DNA of 64,000 nucleotides, taken from Candidatus Doudnabacteria bacterium (GTDB taxonomy: Bacteria; Patescibacteriota; Doudnabacteria; UBA920; O2-02-FULL-48-8). A program made the position numbers and the translations under genes. The stretch is from contig JAHFJG010000007.1 of assembly GCA_023246005.1 (NCBI GenBank), positions 7,312 through 71,311 of the forward strand, in the 5' to 3' direction. The notes under the pieces were generated by a model that saw nothing but the letters and a program-made list of their open reading frames with translations, did not search any database and was not told the DNA's origin. Below are positions 35,672-44,910 of this stretch, piece by piece. The first letter of the stretch is position 1; the number at the start of each line of letters is the position of its first letter.

Positions 35672-36009
35672 AAGCCACTCATGCGATCCAGCTCCAGTTT
35701 TTCAAACTGGGGCTGGAGGTACCATCGCAATTCCTTTTGGCTCTTAATTAACTGGATTACGGCCAGCGCCGGGCGGTTCTCATCGCAATCCTGAATTTAT
35801 TTCAGGATCTCGTAATAGATTCCGAACCGAGTTCGGAATTACGAATTTTCCGCCAGCTCATCGGTTGATTGCCGATTCAACGCTTCTGAAATTCTTGCCT
35901 TAATTATAACAAATTTGTCGCAAAAACAAAAACGCCTCGGTCAAAGCTAAGGCGTTTTGTTGTCTGATTACGGATTAGTCCCGGTTGGTGCTGGTGTAGT
36001 CGCGCTAGC

Positions 36010-36795
36010 TCACCACGCAGCTTTCAGAGCTTGTCTGGCCGCTTCTACCGCTTGCCTAAAGGCTTGATTCGCAGCTTGGATCGCCTGGTCGCGGGTCTTA
36101 GCCAACTGGATCAGGGTTCCATCCGGCAAAGCAATCACGACTTGGCGGAAGGCCTCATTGGCTTTTCGAATACCGTTATACATTGTTTGCCTGGCAGTTA
36201 CTGGAGCAACCTTGTTGGCGCAATCGGTTTTGGCTTGAGCAATGGCTGCATTGACTGCGTTCTGGAACGCTGTTGCGGCATTTTTAACTTTATTTTCGCG
36301 GTCAGTGATCGTTTGCTGGGCCGCTGTCTGGTAAGCGCTCACTGCGGCATCCACGGCTTGTTTGCGAGTGGCTTGCGCCGCCAGCACTGCGACTTTGAAA
36401 GCCGCAATCGCGGCTTTCTGCGCGTCAGTCGTAGCTTTCGAACCGAGCGAATTTATATGATCTGCAAACTTCGTTCTGGCTGCATCGCGCAAACTTTGCA
36501 CTTCCGCTGCCCGCTTGGTTTTGCGATCCGACAAATTTTGCAGCATGGTCGTTCTGATCTTGCCGCGATTGTCTGCCAATTTGGTCAGCAAATTGTTCAA
36601 CTGGCTGGAAGTGTCGTTGATCTTCGTGCAGAAATTGTTCGTGGGCATTCGACCTTGGGAAGTTGAACTGTTCCCGCCAGTAGTAGTATTCGTAGCCAAA
36701 GATACGAACGGACTAATCATTAAACCAATTGTCGCCGCGCTAACGGCTAATTTTTTAATAGTTTGCATTGGAAACTTCGTTTGAATCATTGACAA
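36010..36795 (-). CDS. secreted alpha-helical/coiled-coil hypothetical protein
   Basis: Signal peptide KKLAVSAATIGLMISPFVSLA. Ala/Gln-rich helical repeats. Confidence 0.35.
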   Translation of the reverse strand: MSMIQTKFPMQTIKKLAVSAATIGLMISPFVSLATNTTTGGNSSTSQGRMPTNNFCTKINDTSSQLNNLLTKLADNRGKIRTTMLQNLSDRKTKRAAEVQSLRDAARTKFADHINSLGSKATTDAQKAAIAAFKVAVLAAQATRKQAVDAAVSAYQTAAQQTITDRENKVKNAATAFQNAVNAAIAQAKTDCANKVAPVTARQTMYNGIRKANEAFRQVVIALPDGTLIQLAKTRDQAIQAANQAFRQAVEAARQALKAAW

Positions 36796-37087
36796 CTGCT
36801 TGATCTGCTTTCAACAAATCAGTGTCTGATTGCGAATTAGTAATTGCTTCGCTATTAACGCTCGACTGCAAATCGTTAACAGCTGCGTCAACTTGGCCAG
36901 AGGCTGAACTGGGGTTTGCCGCCTGCTGGTTTGATTGCGCGTTGCCTGTTTGGGCAGATTGGCCGGACTGCTGATTGCTCGCTGTCCCGCCTGGGCCGGT
37001 TTGGGTCGGCTGCTTGCTCGCCTGCTGGCTGTTGCATGCCGCGGCAAACAAAACCACCGCTCCCGCCACTAGTAATACTTTCCTCAT
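36755..37087 (-). CDS. small lipoprotein (signal peptide with lipobox LFAAAC), low-complexity Gln/Ser-rich
   Basis: MRKVLLVAGAVVLFAAAC followed by a Q/S/N-rich mature region. Confidence 0.4.
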   Translation of the reverse strand: MRKVLLVAGAVVLFAAACNSQQASKQPTQTGPGGTASNQQSGQSAQTGNAQSNQQAANPSSASGQVDAAVNDLQSSVNSEAITNSQSDTDLLKADQAVVNDSNEVSNANY

Positions 37088-37133
37088 TAGTTTAGGGGTT
37101 AATTATATTAATATTGATACAAATTTATCGAAA

Positions 37134-37245
37134 ACGCAAGTCCCGCACCACTTTTAAATAATCAGTAATTTGTTGTACTAATTCCGGAAATTTCAACTTC
37201 AAAAATTATCAAATCAAACTATAATTCGGCTAAAGTGGTGCGGGA
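37134..37245. repeat. MITE-like element: perfect 14-15-bp terminal inverted repeats (TCCCGCACCACTTT / AAAGTGGTGCGGGA) around about 80 nt of AT-rich DNA, directly downstream of the argS stop
   Basis: gcaagTCCCGCACCACTTTt ... AAAGTGGTGCGGGAttac. Confidence 0.45.
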
Positions 37246-38925
37246 TTACATCTCGTCCAATGGCTCAATCCCCAACAACTTTAATCCTTGGCCCAGAACA
37301 TTTTTGGCGGATGAGATCAGAGCCAGCCGAAAATCTTTTACCTTCTCGTCTTTCTCTTGGGTCACTGGGCTCTCGTGATAAAACTTATTCAACAGTGTAG
37401 CAAAGTTAAATAAATAATTTGCTAAAATGTTTGGCAGATAATCTTTCAGGCTCTCTTGTACGACCTCGGCTAATATTGATGATTTGAACAGCACTTCACG
37501 CTCGGTTGCCGAAATAGCGACATCTGTAAACTTTCCGTCTAATCCGGCTTTTCGAAGAATGCTGCTCAACCTGGCATAAGCATATTGCAAATACGGCCCG
37601 CTATCGCCTTCAAAGTCCAAAACTTTGTCCCAGTCAAATTCAATGTCGCTGTGGCGATTGCGAGAGAGGTCAAAATATTTCAAAGCGCCAACGCTCACCG
37701 CATGAATCACTTTTTCTTTATTTTTCAAATCCGGATTTTTTTCAGCAATAATCTTGGCCACTCTTTTGTTTGCTTCAGCCAGCACATCTTCAGCCAAAAC
37801 CATATTTCCTTTGCGAGTGGAGAGCACTTCACCTTTGAAACTAATGAAACCATAATCAATATGAACTCCTTCGCCTTCTTTTATTTCTCCCAACGTTTTC
37901 AAAATTGCAAAAAGTTGTTTGTAATGATGCGACTGGCGATTGTCCACCACATAAAGATGTTTGGCAAATCCTTGTTTTTTTCCGAAAATAAATGTCGCTA
38001 GATCCCGTAAAAGATAAGTTGTGCCGCCATCAGACTTGATGATTACGGCAATTCCCAAATTTTTGGTGTCTTCTCCGCCTACGGCGGACAGATTAACAAT
38101 CTGCGCTCCTTGCGATTCAACCAAAAGTTTTTTCTTTTTCAATTCTTGCAAAACCACCGGCATCTTGTCTTCATAAAAACTTTCCGGCCAGTGGTGGTCA
38201 AACGGCAAAATGTCTAAAGTTTCATTGATTTGCAAAAACTGCTTCTTGCTTTCATCAACCAGGTTTTGCCAAATCTTTCTATTTTCAGTGTCATGCTTTT
38301 CAAGCTTTACGAACTCCTGTTTGGCTTGTTCGTGGATCGATTTATCATTTTCGGCCTCCGAGTTCAATTGGGCATACAGTTTGTCATTGACTTCTCCGTA
38401 CTTCTTGTAAGCCAAAATCAAATAGCCAAACTGGGTGCCCCAATCCCCCATGTGAGTGTCTGATTCAACCTTGTAGCCCAAATACAAAAACATGCGCTTA
38501 AGAACATCACCAATAATCGCGGTGCGCAAATGGCCCATGTGCAAAGGCTTGGCAATGTTTGGCTGAAAGTACTCAAGCAAAATTTTTTCTTTCTTGTTTA
38601 TTTCTGGCTTAGGCGGTTTTTCAATCGCTTGAATTAGAACTTCATTTTTCAAAGTAAAATTTATAAAGCCCGGACCAGCGACTTCGACTGTTTCAAATAT
38701 TGTCTGGTCTAAATTTTCGATAATTTTTTTAGCCAGGTCAGCGGGCTTGATCTTCAGCAGTTTGCTGCCAACAAGAGGAATATTGCTAGCATAATCACCA
38801 AACTTCGGATCTGAAGAGTAACCAACATCAAAAACCAAATCAGAAGTTAAGCCTGATTTGGAACCCGCATCAACCAGCAATTGCTTGATCTTTTCCTTCA
38901 TCCCGTTTAGAAATTTATCTGACAT
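37246..38925 (-). CDS. argS: arginyl-tRNA synthetase
   Basis: HIGH-type motif PNIAKPLHMGHLRTAIIGD. Class I ArgS architecture and length. Confidence 0.9.
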   Translation of the reverse strand: MSDKFLNGMKEKIKQLLVDAGSKSGLTSDLVFDVGYSSDPKFGDYASNIPLVGSKLLKIKPADLAKKIIENLDQTIFETVEVAGPGFINFTLKNEVLIQAIEKPPKPEINKKEKILLEYFQPNIAKPLHMGHLRTAIIGDVLKRMFLYLGYKVESDTHMGDWGTQFGYLILAYKKYGEVNDKLYAQLNSEAENDKSIHEQAKQEFVKLEKHDTENRKIWQNLVDESKKQFLQINETLDILPFDHHWPESFYEDKMPVVLQELKKKKLLVESQGAQIVNLSAVGGEDTKNLGIAVIIKSDGGTTYLLRDLATFIFGKKQGFAKHLYVVDNRQSHHYKQLFAILKTLGEIKEGEGVHIDYGFISFKGEVLSTRKGNMVLAEDVLAEANKRVAKIIAEKNPDLKNKEKVIHAVSVGALKYFDLSRNRHSDIEFDWDKVLDFEGDSGPYLQYAYARLSSILRKAGLDGKFTDVAISATEREVLFKSSILAEVVQESLKDYLPNILANYLFNFATLLNKFYHESPVTQEKDEKVKDFRLALISSAKNVLGQGLKLLGIEPLDEM

Positions 38926-38965
38926 TGTTTAGTGAAAATTGAATATTAATCCTACTGACCCATCT

Positions 38966-39006
38966 TTAGCGATAATTCAGGTTCCCGAAATTTCTAACGG
39001 GATTCA
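38966..39006 (-). other. 13-codon orphan mini-ORF (MNPVRNFGNLNYR*) duplicating the 5' end of recO, 38 nt upstream of argS
   Basis: AAATTTCTAACGGGATTCATTA is shared with 31583-31604, the recO start. RecO begins MNPVRNF. Confidence 0.45.
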
Positions 39007-39013
39007 TTAATTT

Positions 39014-39130
39014 ACCCGGTAGTGAAGTTCGATTATTTTATAAAAAATTCGGCCTTTAATATCTGCTCAAAAAGTAAAATTTCGATATACTTTATTTTTT
39101 AACCTCTATCGAACTTCTACTACTGGGCAT
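39014..39130. repeat. second copy of the inverted-repeat element seen at 2098-2158, with a longer loop
   Basis: CCCGGTAGTGAAGTTCGAT ... ATCGAACTTCTACTACTGGG. Confidence 0.5.
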
Positions 39131-39159
39131 AAGCACATTATATCTGATAATATTAGGGT

Positions 39160-39609
39160 ATGCCAACCTATGCTTCCAACCGCAAAGCTTTTCATGATTA
39201 CTCAATCGAAGACACAGTTGAGGCCGGTTTGGTTTTGGAAGGCCACGAAGTCAAAAGCGCCAAGACTGGCCAAGCTACACTCACGGGCGCTTACGTCACA
39301 ATTCGGGCCGGAGAAGCCTATCTTCGCAATGCCTATATTGGCCGCTATAAACAATCAGCTGGCCTGGAAACCCATGATGAAATACGCGAACGAAAACTCT
39401 TGCTCCATAAAAATGAAATTATCCGCTTGCAAAACAAAACCAAGGATAAAGGCCTAACCTTGATTCCTCTGGAACTCTACTCTCATAAAGGTTTAATCAA
39501 ATTGAAAATCGGCGTGGCCAAAGGCAAAAAACAATTCGACAAAAGAGAATCAATCAAGAAAAAAGAATTAAAACGAAAAATCGATCGTACCATTAGAACT
39601 AAAATTTAA
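39160..39609 (+). CDS. smpB: SsrA-binding protein SmpB
   Basis: KAFHDYSIEDTVEAGLVLEGHEVKS...LLLHKNEI...ELYSHKGLIKLKIGVAKGKK, typical SmpB. Basic C-terminal tail. Confidence 0.9.
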   Translation: MPTYASNRKAFHDYSIEDTVEAGLVLEGHEVKSAKTGQATLTGAYVTIRAGEAYLRNAYIGRYKQSAGLETHDEIRERKLLLHKNEIIRLQNKTKDKGLTLIPLELYSHKGLIKLKIGVAKGKKQFDKRESIKKKELKRKIDRTIRTKI

Positions 39610-39649
39610 AAACCGCCCATCATTATAGGGCGGTTTATTAGTTTTTTCT

Positions 39650-42600
39650 TTAATAATCAGTCGATCGATAGCCGGATAATACAGAGCTGTCCACAACTTT
39701 TATCTGGCTAAACTTATAGCCTTGAGTGATGAAATCTTCCATGGATCTAAACGGTCTAATTTCAACGCTCCTAACCACTACATAAACCGTATTGTTGTCA
39801 GCAGTCTTAAGCAATGTCCCGCTAGGATACCTGCTGATTGACACGCCTTTAATCCGAGGGCCAACAGGCGCCCCAATAGGCACTGCCAGGTCAGCCAGGT
39901 TAGCGGAAACTATCTGTCTGAACTTATTGCCCCAAGAAAAGAAAATGCTTGAGGATGGAAAAGCGTATCGGTAGCTGCGACCCATGAAATAGATTGTCCC
40001 GTTGTCATTAACTAACGTGCCTCTGGGATGTCTATGGACAATGTCTGTGACGTCAGAGCCTTGGGCAATGCTGGATATATCTGCATCTATGATATTGGAG
40101 AGTTTGTAGCCGAGACCATAGAAGACACCCATGGAACTAAAAGCTCGCTTCAGTCCATTTTCAATCACATAGATCACGCCATTATCCTTAACCAAGGATC
40201 CATCATCATATTTGGTTGTTGGAGCTGGATTAGGCGTGGGTGTGGGAGTAGGAATCGGTGTTGGCGGTGGTGGAGGTGGTGTGGGTGTCGGTGTTGGAGT
40301 GGGCGTCGGAGTAGGAGTAGGAGTCGGAGTCGGAGTCGTGGTAATGGTCAGAAAATCTTCTGCGGACCAGCCGTCCACGCCGGAATCGTAATTGATCTGC
40401 CACCAGTTGTATCCTCCCGAAGCGATAGAACCGGCAATAACCGTTCCCAAGGCGCCCGTCGGCTGCGTCCCCAAAAGTGTCCCGGTCATGGATGCCGTAG
40501 CGCGGACATTAAGAGGCCCGGAGGAAACCTGCACGCGATTGCTGATGGTGAATTTTGTGGAAGGAGTAGGTGTCGGCGGAGTATTAACTGTCACCGTCAC
40601 GGACTGACTCGTGCTCCCTCCTGCACCGGAACAGGTCAGCGTGTAGGTCGTCGTCGCCGTGGGGAACGCCGTCGAATTTCCGAAGACTGCTTGTGTTCCC
40701 GCCCATCCGCCCGAAGCGGTACACGCCGTCGCGTTCGTTGATGACCATCCGAGCGTCACGGATGCGCCCGCGGTTATGGCGTTGCTCGAAATCGAGAACG
40801 ATAAAGTGGGAACTGGTGTAGGAGTAGGAGTAGGAGATATTGTCCAACATGCGGTCATTGGCGCATCAAGATTCAGATTCTTTTTAATAGAGCTGAATCG
40901 CATACTGTTCATGACAGGACAGAAAGTCGCGGTGTTCCCGGAATATTCGGCGTTGAACACGGCCTTACCCGCATTAATGAAAGGCACAAGCGTACTGCAT
41001 TCGTTGTACTGGTTACACTGCTCATCAAGAGCCCAATCGAAATCACCAACCAGGCTCGTGACCTGACCGACGTCATTTTTGAGTCCGATGGACAACCCTT
41101 TACCGTGCGCCGTCGTGGCGAGGAAGCGATTATAAGTGATCTGGTCATTTGCGGTCAGAGGAAATCCGGTGCTGTTCGAGTAGCCATCGATATTATCGGG
41201 CTCTATGGCATCGCAACCTTTCTGCACTGCAAGGTCCATCCGCGCGTTCATGATCGGGCCCAGGATGCTCGTCTGGCGAATGTCCAGCCAATTTTCGCCC
41301 GGCCAACCGTTGCCATTGCCTTTGACCGACGCAGGGAAGCTTGCCGCGTCAGTGCGCCAGTTCTCGTAGGTTCCGGCGCTGATATAACAGATGACCTTCC
41401 TGCCTGCCGCATGGAGCGAAGTAATGGTTGTTGCGGAGTTGTCGAAAAGATCGATGTCGTAGGCCTGCGCGTTGAAACTCTGATCAACGGTCCCCGTAAG
41501 TTGCCACTGCCAAGTCGTCATCGGAGCGGGGTACCAAATATTTGCGGCGGGTGTTGGAGTCGGTGTTGGAGTCGGTGCGGGCGTCGTCGTCTTTACGAGA
41601 TAATCTTCTGCGGACCACCCGTCCACGCCGGAATCGTAATTGATCTGCCACCAGTTATATCCTCCCGAAGCGATAGGGCCGGCAACGACCGTTCCTAGGG
41701 CGCCCGTCGGCTGCGTTCCCAAAAGCGTTCCAGTCGTGGATGCCGTAGCGCGGACATTAAGAGGTCCGGAGGAAACCTGTACGCGGTCACCGATAACGAA
41801 TTTTATGGAAGGAGTAGGTGTCGGCGTTGGGGTTGGGGTTGGCGTTGGCGTGTTGCTATACAAATTAGCAGGCATAGCATTGCCGGCAGCTTCCCAGATG
41901 TACTGGGTCAACGAGGGCGAAGAGCAGAAACCCCGGGTGACGCCGGCATCCGTGCACATTTCTTTTTTAATCCTAGCTTCATTCGGCCAGCTCCAGAGCG
42001 GATTCGAAGTCAACGTATTGAATCCCGCATCACCCCAAAAAGTCCCGTCTTGCCCGTAAGCGTACATCACGTTTGCCCCATAATCCGCTCCCCCGTTCCC
42101 CGTACCCTTGAGTGACGATCCATTTTCTATCCGGGTAATGTATTTAAGCGAACCATCCGTTAAAGGATTCGTAGTTTTACAACCCACGCTGCAGGTGGCG
42201 TCACCATAAGCGGGCGTAACATTATTATCTATATAAGTTGGAGTAACCGCTCCGAAATAGCCATAGCGTCCGGATCCCGCAGCAATGAGGTTTTTCGCCG
42301 AAGAGCTACCGGCATAGTGGACATTGATAACATCTCCATTATTATTAGAAGAACTCTTATACGCCGTCAGATTCTGAAGGACCGCCTGTTGGTCGGTGCA
42401 ACCCTGGCACTGGGAGTTAAAGCCGGTCCCCCGGGGGTTCCATGCGACGTCATCCTTATAGATCGCAGCTGGATTAGTAACTCCCGAGGTATTGTCGGTA
42501 TCGGTGGTAAACGCGCTGTATTGGCTGTTAAGCGAAATACTGCCTAGCCATTCGTTGCCGCCAAAAGGATGAGTTCCGGCATTCGTGTGCCACGCCGTCC

Positions 42601-43537
42601 AAAAATCCGCGCCGCCGCCGAATCCCGCGGGCCCCAGAATATTGTCCAAAGCCATAACGTTTTGCAGCGAGGCCTGACTGGTGTTATAGATGGTGGTCGC
42701 GCTCATGTAATTGCCGGAGTTGCTCCCGCAATAATCTGCGGAGGAGTTGCAACCGTCGTTTCTTAAAATGACTCGGCGCAGAACGATATGGTCCGCATTG
42801 AGTGGAGCAAATGCCTTGCGATCGTTGCCCCAAAGCCAACTATCTTCGAGTGTGATATAAGAAGAAACAAGATTTCCATTATTATCGTTTGTGCCGATAT
42901 TGAAGACCCCGTTACCTCCGCTATTGTCCGTCACCCCTATGTTTTTGAAAAAGAGGTGGTCGCCATGATAGATGCCGACGGCGTGAGCAATTTTAAAACC
43001 TTGAAATTTAATGAACTTCTTCGTGATAGGGATCGTGCCAAGCTGGATCGTATCGATAGTCACTGCGCCATCGTTCAATGCGATGATTTTCGTCATGGCG
43101 CCGACGGCCGTACCATCTTGCGGCACACCGGAAGGCGCACCCGAATTCTGATTGATCGCACCGTTCACGGCCGAGGTATACGCTCCATCCATTAAGTACA
43201 ACGTGCCGCTGGCAGGCAGAGCCGAGAACGCCTTGGCAAACGTCTTGAAAGAAGTAGATTGAGAAGCGCCGTTATTCGAATCAGAGCCAGTCGGGGAAAT
43301 ATAATAGATTGACCCGGTGCCGGCCGCGCTGGCCACGTTTGGAGTTAAAATAACATCGGCGCCAGAAATTTGATTAAACAAAACCGTGCCAACTAATAAA
43401 GAGATGAAAATAAAAATAACCCAGTGAAAGAGAGGATATGTCTTGTGCATATGCCATTTGGAATAGCCTTTGTATTTTTGTTCCAGCATCTCGTGCAATT
43501 TTTGCATATTCTGTTTTGCTTGGTAAGCAATCTTCAA
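39650..43537 (-). CDS. giant secreted multidomain surface protein: beta-helix region, two SH3b domains, GH114-like glycoside hydrolase domain, Pro-Thr linkers, C-terminal tandem ~60-aa repeats
   Basis: N-terminal TM or signal. GH114-like YDIDLFD...VICYISAGTYENWR. Duplicated SH3b module. (PT)n linkers. C-terminal repeats TVYVIENGLKRAF...GYKLS. The central 3 kb is GC-rich. Confidence 0.55.
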   Translation of the reverse strand: MKIAYQAKQNMQKLHEMLEQKYKGYSKWHMHKTYPLFHWVIFIFISLLVGTVLFNQISGADVILTPNVASAAGTGSIYYISPTGSDSNNGASQSTSFKTFAKAFSALPASGTLYLMDGAYTSAVNGAINQNSGAPSGVPQDGTAVGAMTKIIALNDGAVTIDTIQLGTIPITKKFIKFQGFKIAHAVGIYHGDHLFFKNIGVTDNSGGNGVFNIGTNDNNGNLVSSYITLEDSWLWGNDRKAFAPLNADHIVLRRVILRNDGCNSSADYCGSNSGNYMSATTIYNTSQASLQNVMALDNILGPAGFGGGADFWTAWHTNAGTHPFGGNEWLGSISLNSQYSAFTTDTDNTSGVTNPAAIYKDDVAWNPRGTGFNSQCQGCTDQQAVLQNLTAYKSSSNNNGDVINVHYAGSSSAKNLIAAGSGRYGYFGAVTPTYIDNNVTPAYGDATCSVGCKTTNPLTDGSLKYITRIENGSSLKGTGNGGADYGANVMYAYGQDGTFWGDAGFNTLTSNPLWSWPNEARIKKEMCTDAGVTRGFCSSPSLTQYIWEAAGNAMPANLYSNTPTPTPTPTPTPTPSIKFVIGDRVQVSSGPLNVRATASTTGTLLGTQPTGALGTVVAGPIASGGYNWWQINYDSGVDGWSAEDYLVKTTTPAPTPTPTPTPAANIWYPAPMTTWQWQLTGTVDQSFNAQAYDIDLFDNSATTITSLHAAGRKVICYISAGTYENWRTDAASFPASVKGNGNGWPGENWLDIRQTSILGPIMNARMDLAVQKGCDAIEPDNIDGYSNSTGFPLTANDQITYNRFLATTAHGKGLSIGLKNDVGQVTSLVGDFDWALDEQCNQYNECSTLVPFINAGKAVFNAEYSGNTATFCPVMNSMRFSSIKKNLNLDAPMTACWTISPTPTPTPVPTLSFSISSNAITAGASVTLGWSSTNATACTASGGWAGTQAVFGNSTAFPTATTTYTLTCSGAGGSTSQSVTVTVNTPPTPTPSTKFTISNRVQVSSGPLNVRATASMTGTLLGTQPTGALGTVIAGSIASGGYNWWQINYDSGVDGWSAEDFLTITTTPTPTPTPTPTPTPTPTPTPPPPPPTPIPTPTPTPNPAPTTKYDDGSLVKDNGVIYVIENGLKRAFSSMGVFYGLGYKLSNIIDADISSIAQGSDVTDIVHRHPRGTLVNDNGTIYFMGRSYRYAFPSSSIFFSWGNKFRQIVSANLADLAVPIGAPVGPRIKGVSISRYPSGTLLKTADNNTVYVVVRSVEIRPFRSMEDFITQGYKFSQIKVVDSSVLSGYRSTDY

Positions 43538-43597
43538 AAGCTTCCAAAAAATAAAGCTTAAAGAAGCCCCAATAATTGCTCTATTTAATTGTTTTTT

Positions 43598-43645
43598 CCG
43601 CCAGAGGCGCCTGCCTGCCCGACCGACAGGGATCCGCCCGATTTG
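43598..43645. repeat. R1 mini-element copy (long variant) just upstream of the giant surface-protein gene
   Basis: Minus strand GGCGGATCCCTGTCGGTCGGGCAGGCAGGCGCCTCTGGCGGAAAAAAC. It encodes GGSLSVGQAGASGGK followed by a stop codon. Confidence 0.55.
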
Positions 43646-43936
43646 GTTTTGAATTGTGGCAAAGTTTTACCTTTTGTTTCTGTAGAGTTATTTACTCTAT
43701 ATAATATATGATAGCATATATTTTAGAATATTGCAACAAAATAAAATACGGGATTTTAACTCTCAATACCCTAAACCTTTACATTTAAGCAAAAATCTGA
43801 TAAGCTATGTTTCGTCGCAGTTGGTCGACACTTCGTGATCCCGCAATAAGTAGGATGCGCTACGGTCGACATAGCTGTTCCTCTCAAATTGAAATACAAT
43901 AGCTGATTCTTATCGGCATTTCAATTTGTAAAAATT

Positions 43937-44319
43937 GGGGCTGTTTAGATTCGACAAAAGTTCTTTGATAAATACTGCAAGTCCGATTAGCCTAATTTCT
44001 CGGTTAAAAAAATAAGGCAAATCATAAATGCCAATTCTTTGGTAAGCAAGATTAAGAACGCTTTTGCGTTCTCTCCTGCTTTGGCAGTCGCTTAAACAGT
44101 TACTGCCCATCTGTCCTGCAAAGTCTGTGCGCAGATCACAGGTGTTATATTATCGGACTTACTTTAGTTGACGCCTGACAGCTAAAGGACACTTAAGGCT
44201 GACCTTAAGGCGCTTTGGTCTGCTTCTATGTCTTAAGGGAAATTTTAAAGCAGTCTAAGCTTGTAGAAGTATTTGTTAAAATCTTTTGGACGGGAGTGCA
44301 AATCTCCCCAGCTCCACCA
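43937..44319 (+). ncRNA. ssrA: tmRNA (ssrA)
   Basis: 5' end GGGGCTGTTTAGATTCGAC. 3' end has T-arm GGGAG-TGCAAAT-CTCCC, acceptor CAGCTCC, then ACCA. G3-U70 pair. Candidate tag reading frame ends ...AFAFSPALAVA*. Confidence 0.7.
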
Positions 44320-44481
44320 TTCGACTCCGTAATGCTTCGCATTACTTCGCTCATGGTCTCCGTTTTCGTTTTAAACGAAAACTTCGACCACATTGTTGAG
44401 TCGAATGGTGGAGTCCCGAGTGAGGAGTATAACGACGAATCGAGGGACTAACGAAGTGAGGAGTCGAGGGACTAATTTTAT

Positions 44482-44733
44482 ATGTCATTTTATTTTTATA
44501 TTGCTAAATGTCAGAATCAAAGTTTGTACTGTGGATCTACAAACAACATTGATCAAAGAATAATCCGCCATAACTCAGGCCAAGGCGCTAGATGGTTTAA
44601 ACAGCACGGTCCAGGCGAAATTGTCTATTCTGAAAACTTTGATACACTAGGCGAAGCCAGAAAAAGAGAAACCCAAATTAAAAAATGGTCGCGAATAAAA
44701 AAAGAAAATCTCATTAAAGGACTAAAACCATAA
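44482..44733 (+). CDS. GIY-YIG nuclease family protein (stand-alone, 83 aa)
   Basis: MSFYFYIAKCQNQSLYCGSTNNIDQRIIRHNSG matches the GIY...YxG...R...H core. Confidence 0.7.
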   Translation: MSFYFYIAKCQNQSLYCGSTNNIDQRIIRHNSGQGARWFKQHGPGEIVYSENFDTLGEARKRETQIKKWSRIKKENLIKGLKP

Positions 44734-44910
44734 CGGCTTTCATTGGCCGTTTCTCGTCCGACGTAGCCTTGCGCGAAGTCGGATTTAGTTTTCCATTTTT
44801 GATACCTGAAGGGTTTGGAAAACTAAATTGAGCAAAATTAGGCTCTTTTTGATCAATCTAGTAAATGGTATACTTAACTTAGGCATTAAACTGATTTTTG
44901 AAACAAAAAT

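Noticed and set aside
36031-36666. 211-aa plus-strand ORF antisense to the secreted coiled-coil protein gene
   Set aside because: Entirely antisense to a gene with signal peptide and coherent repeats. Cys/Arg-rich low-complexity translation. Spurious.
40028-40741. Long plus-strand ORFs (for example 237 aa Arg-rich, also 41105-41698, 42788-43195) antisense to the giant surface-protein gene
   Set aside because: They overlap a well-supported minus-strand gene entirely and arise from GC-rich Pro/Thr-repeat DNA, giving Arg/Gly-rich nonsense translations. They are antisense artefacts.
40345-41850. Considered whether the two roughly 250-bp near-identical segments in the giant surface-protein gene are a DGR template/variable repeat pair
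   Set aside because: Mismatches between the copies are mixed transitions and transversions at all four bases, not adenine-specific. No reverse transcriptase gene is present in the window. More simply a tandem SH3b domain duplication.
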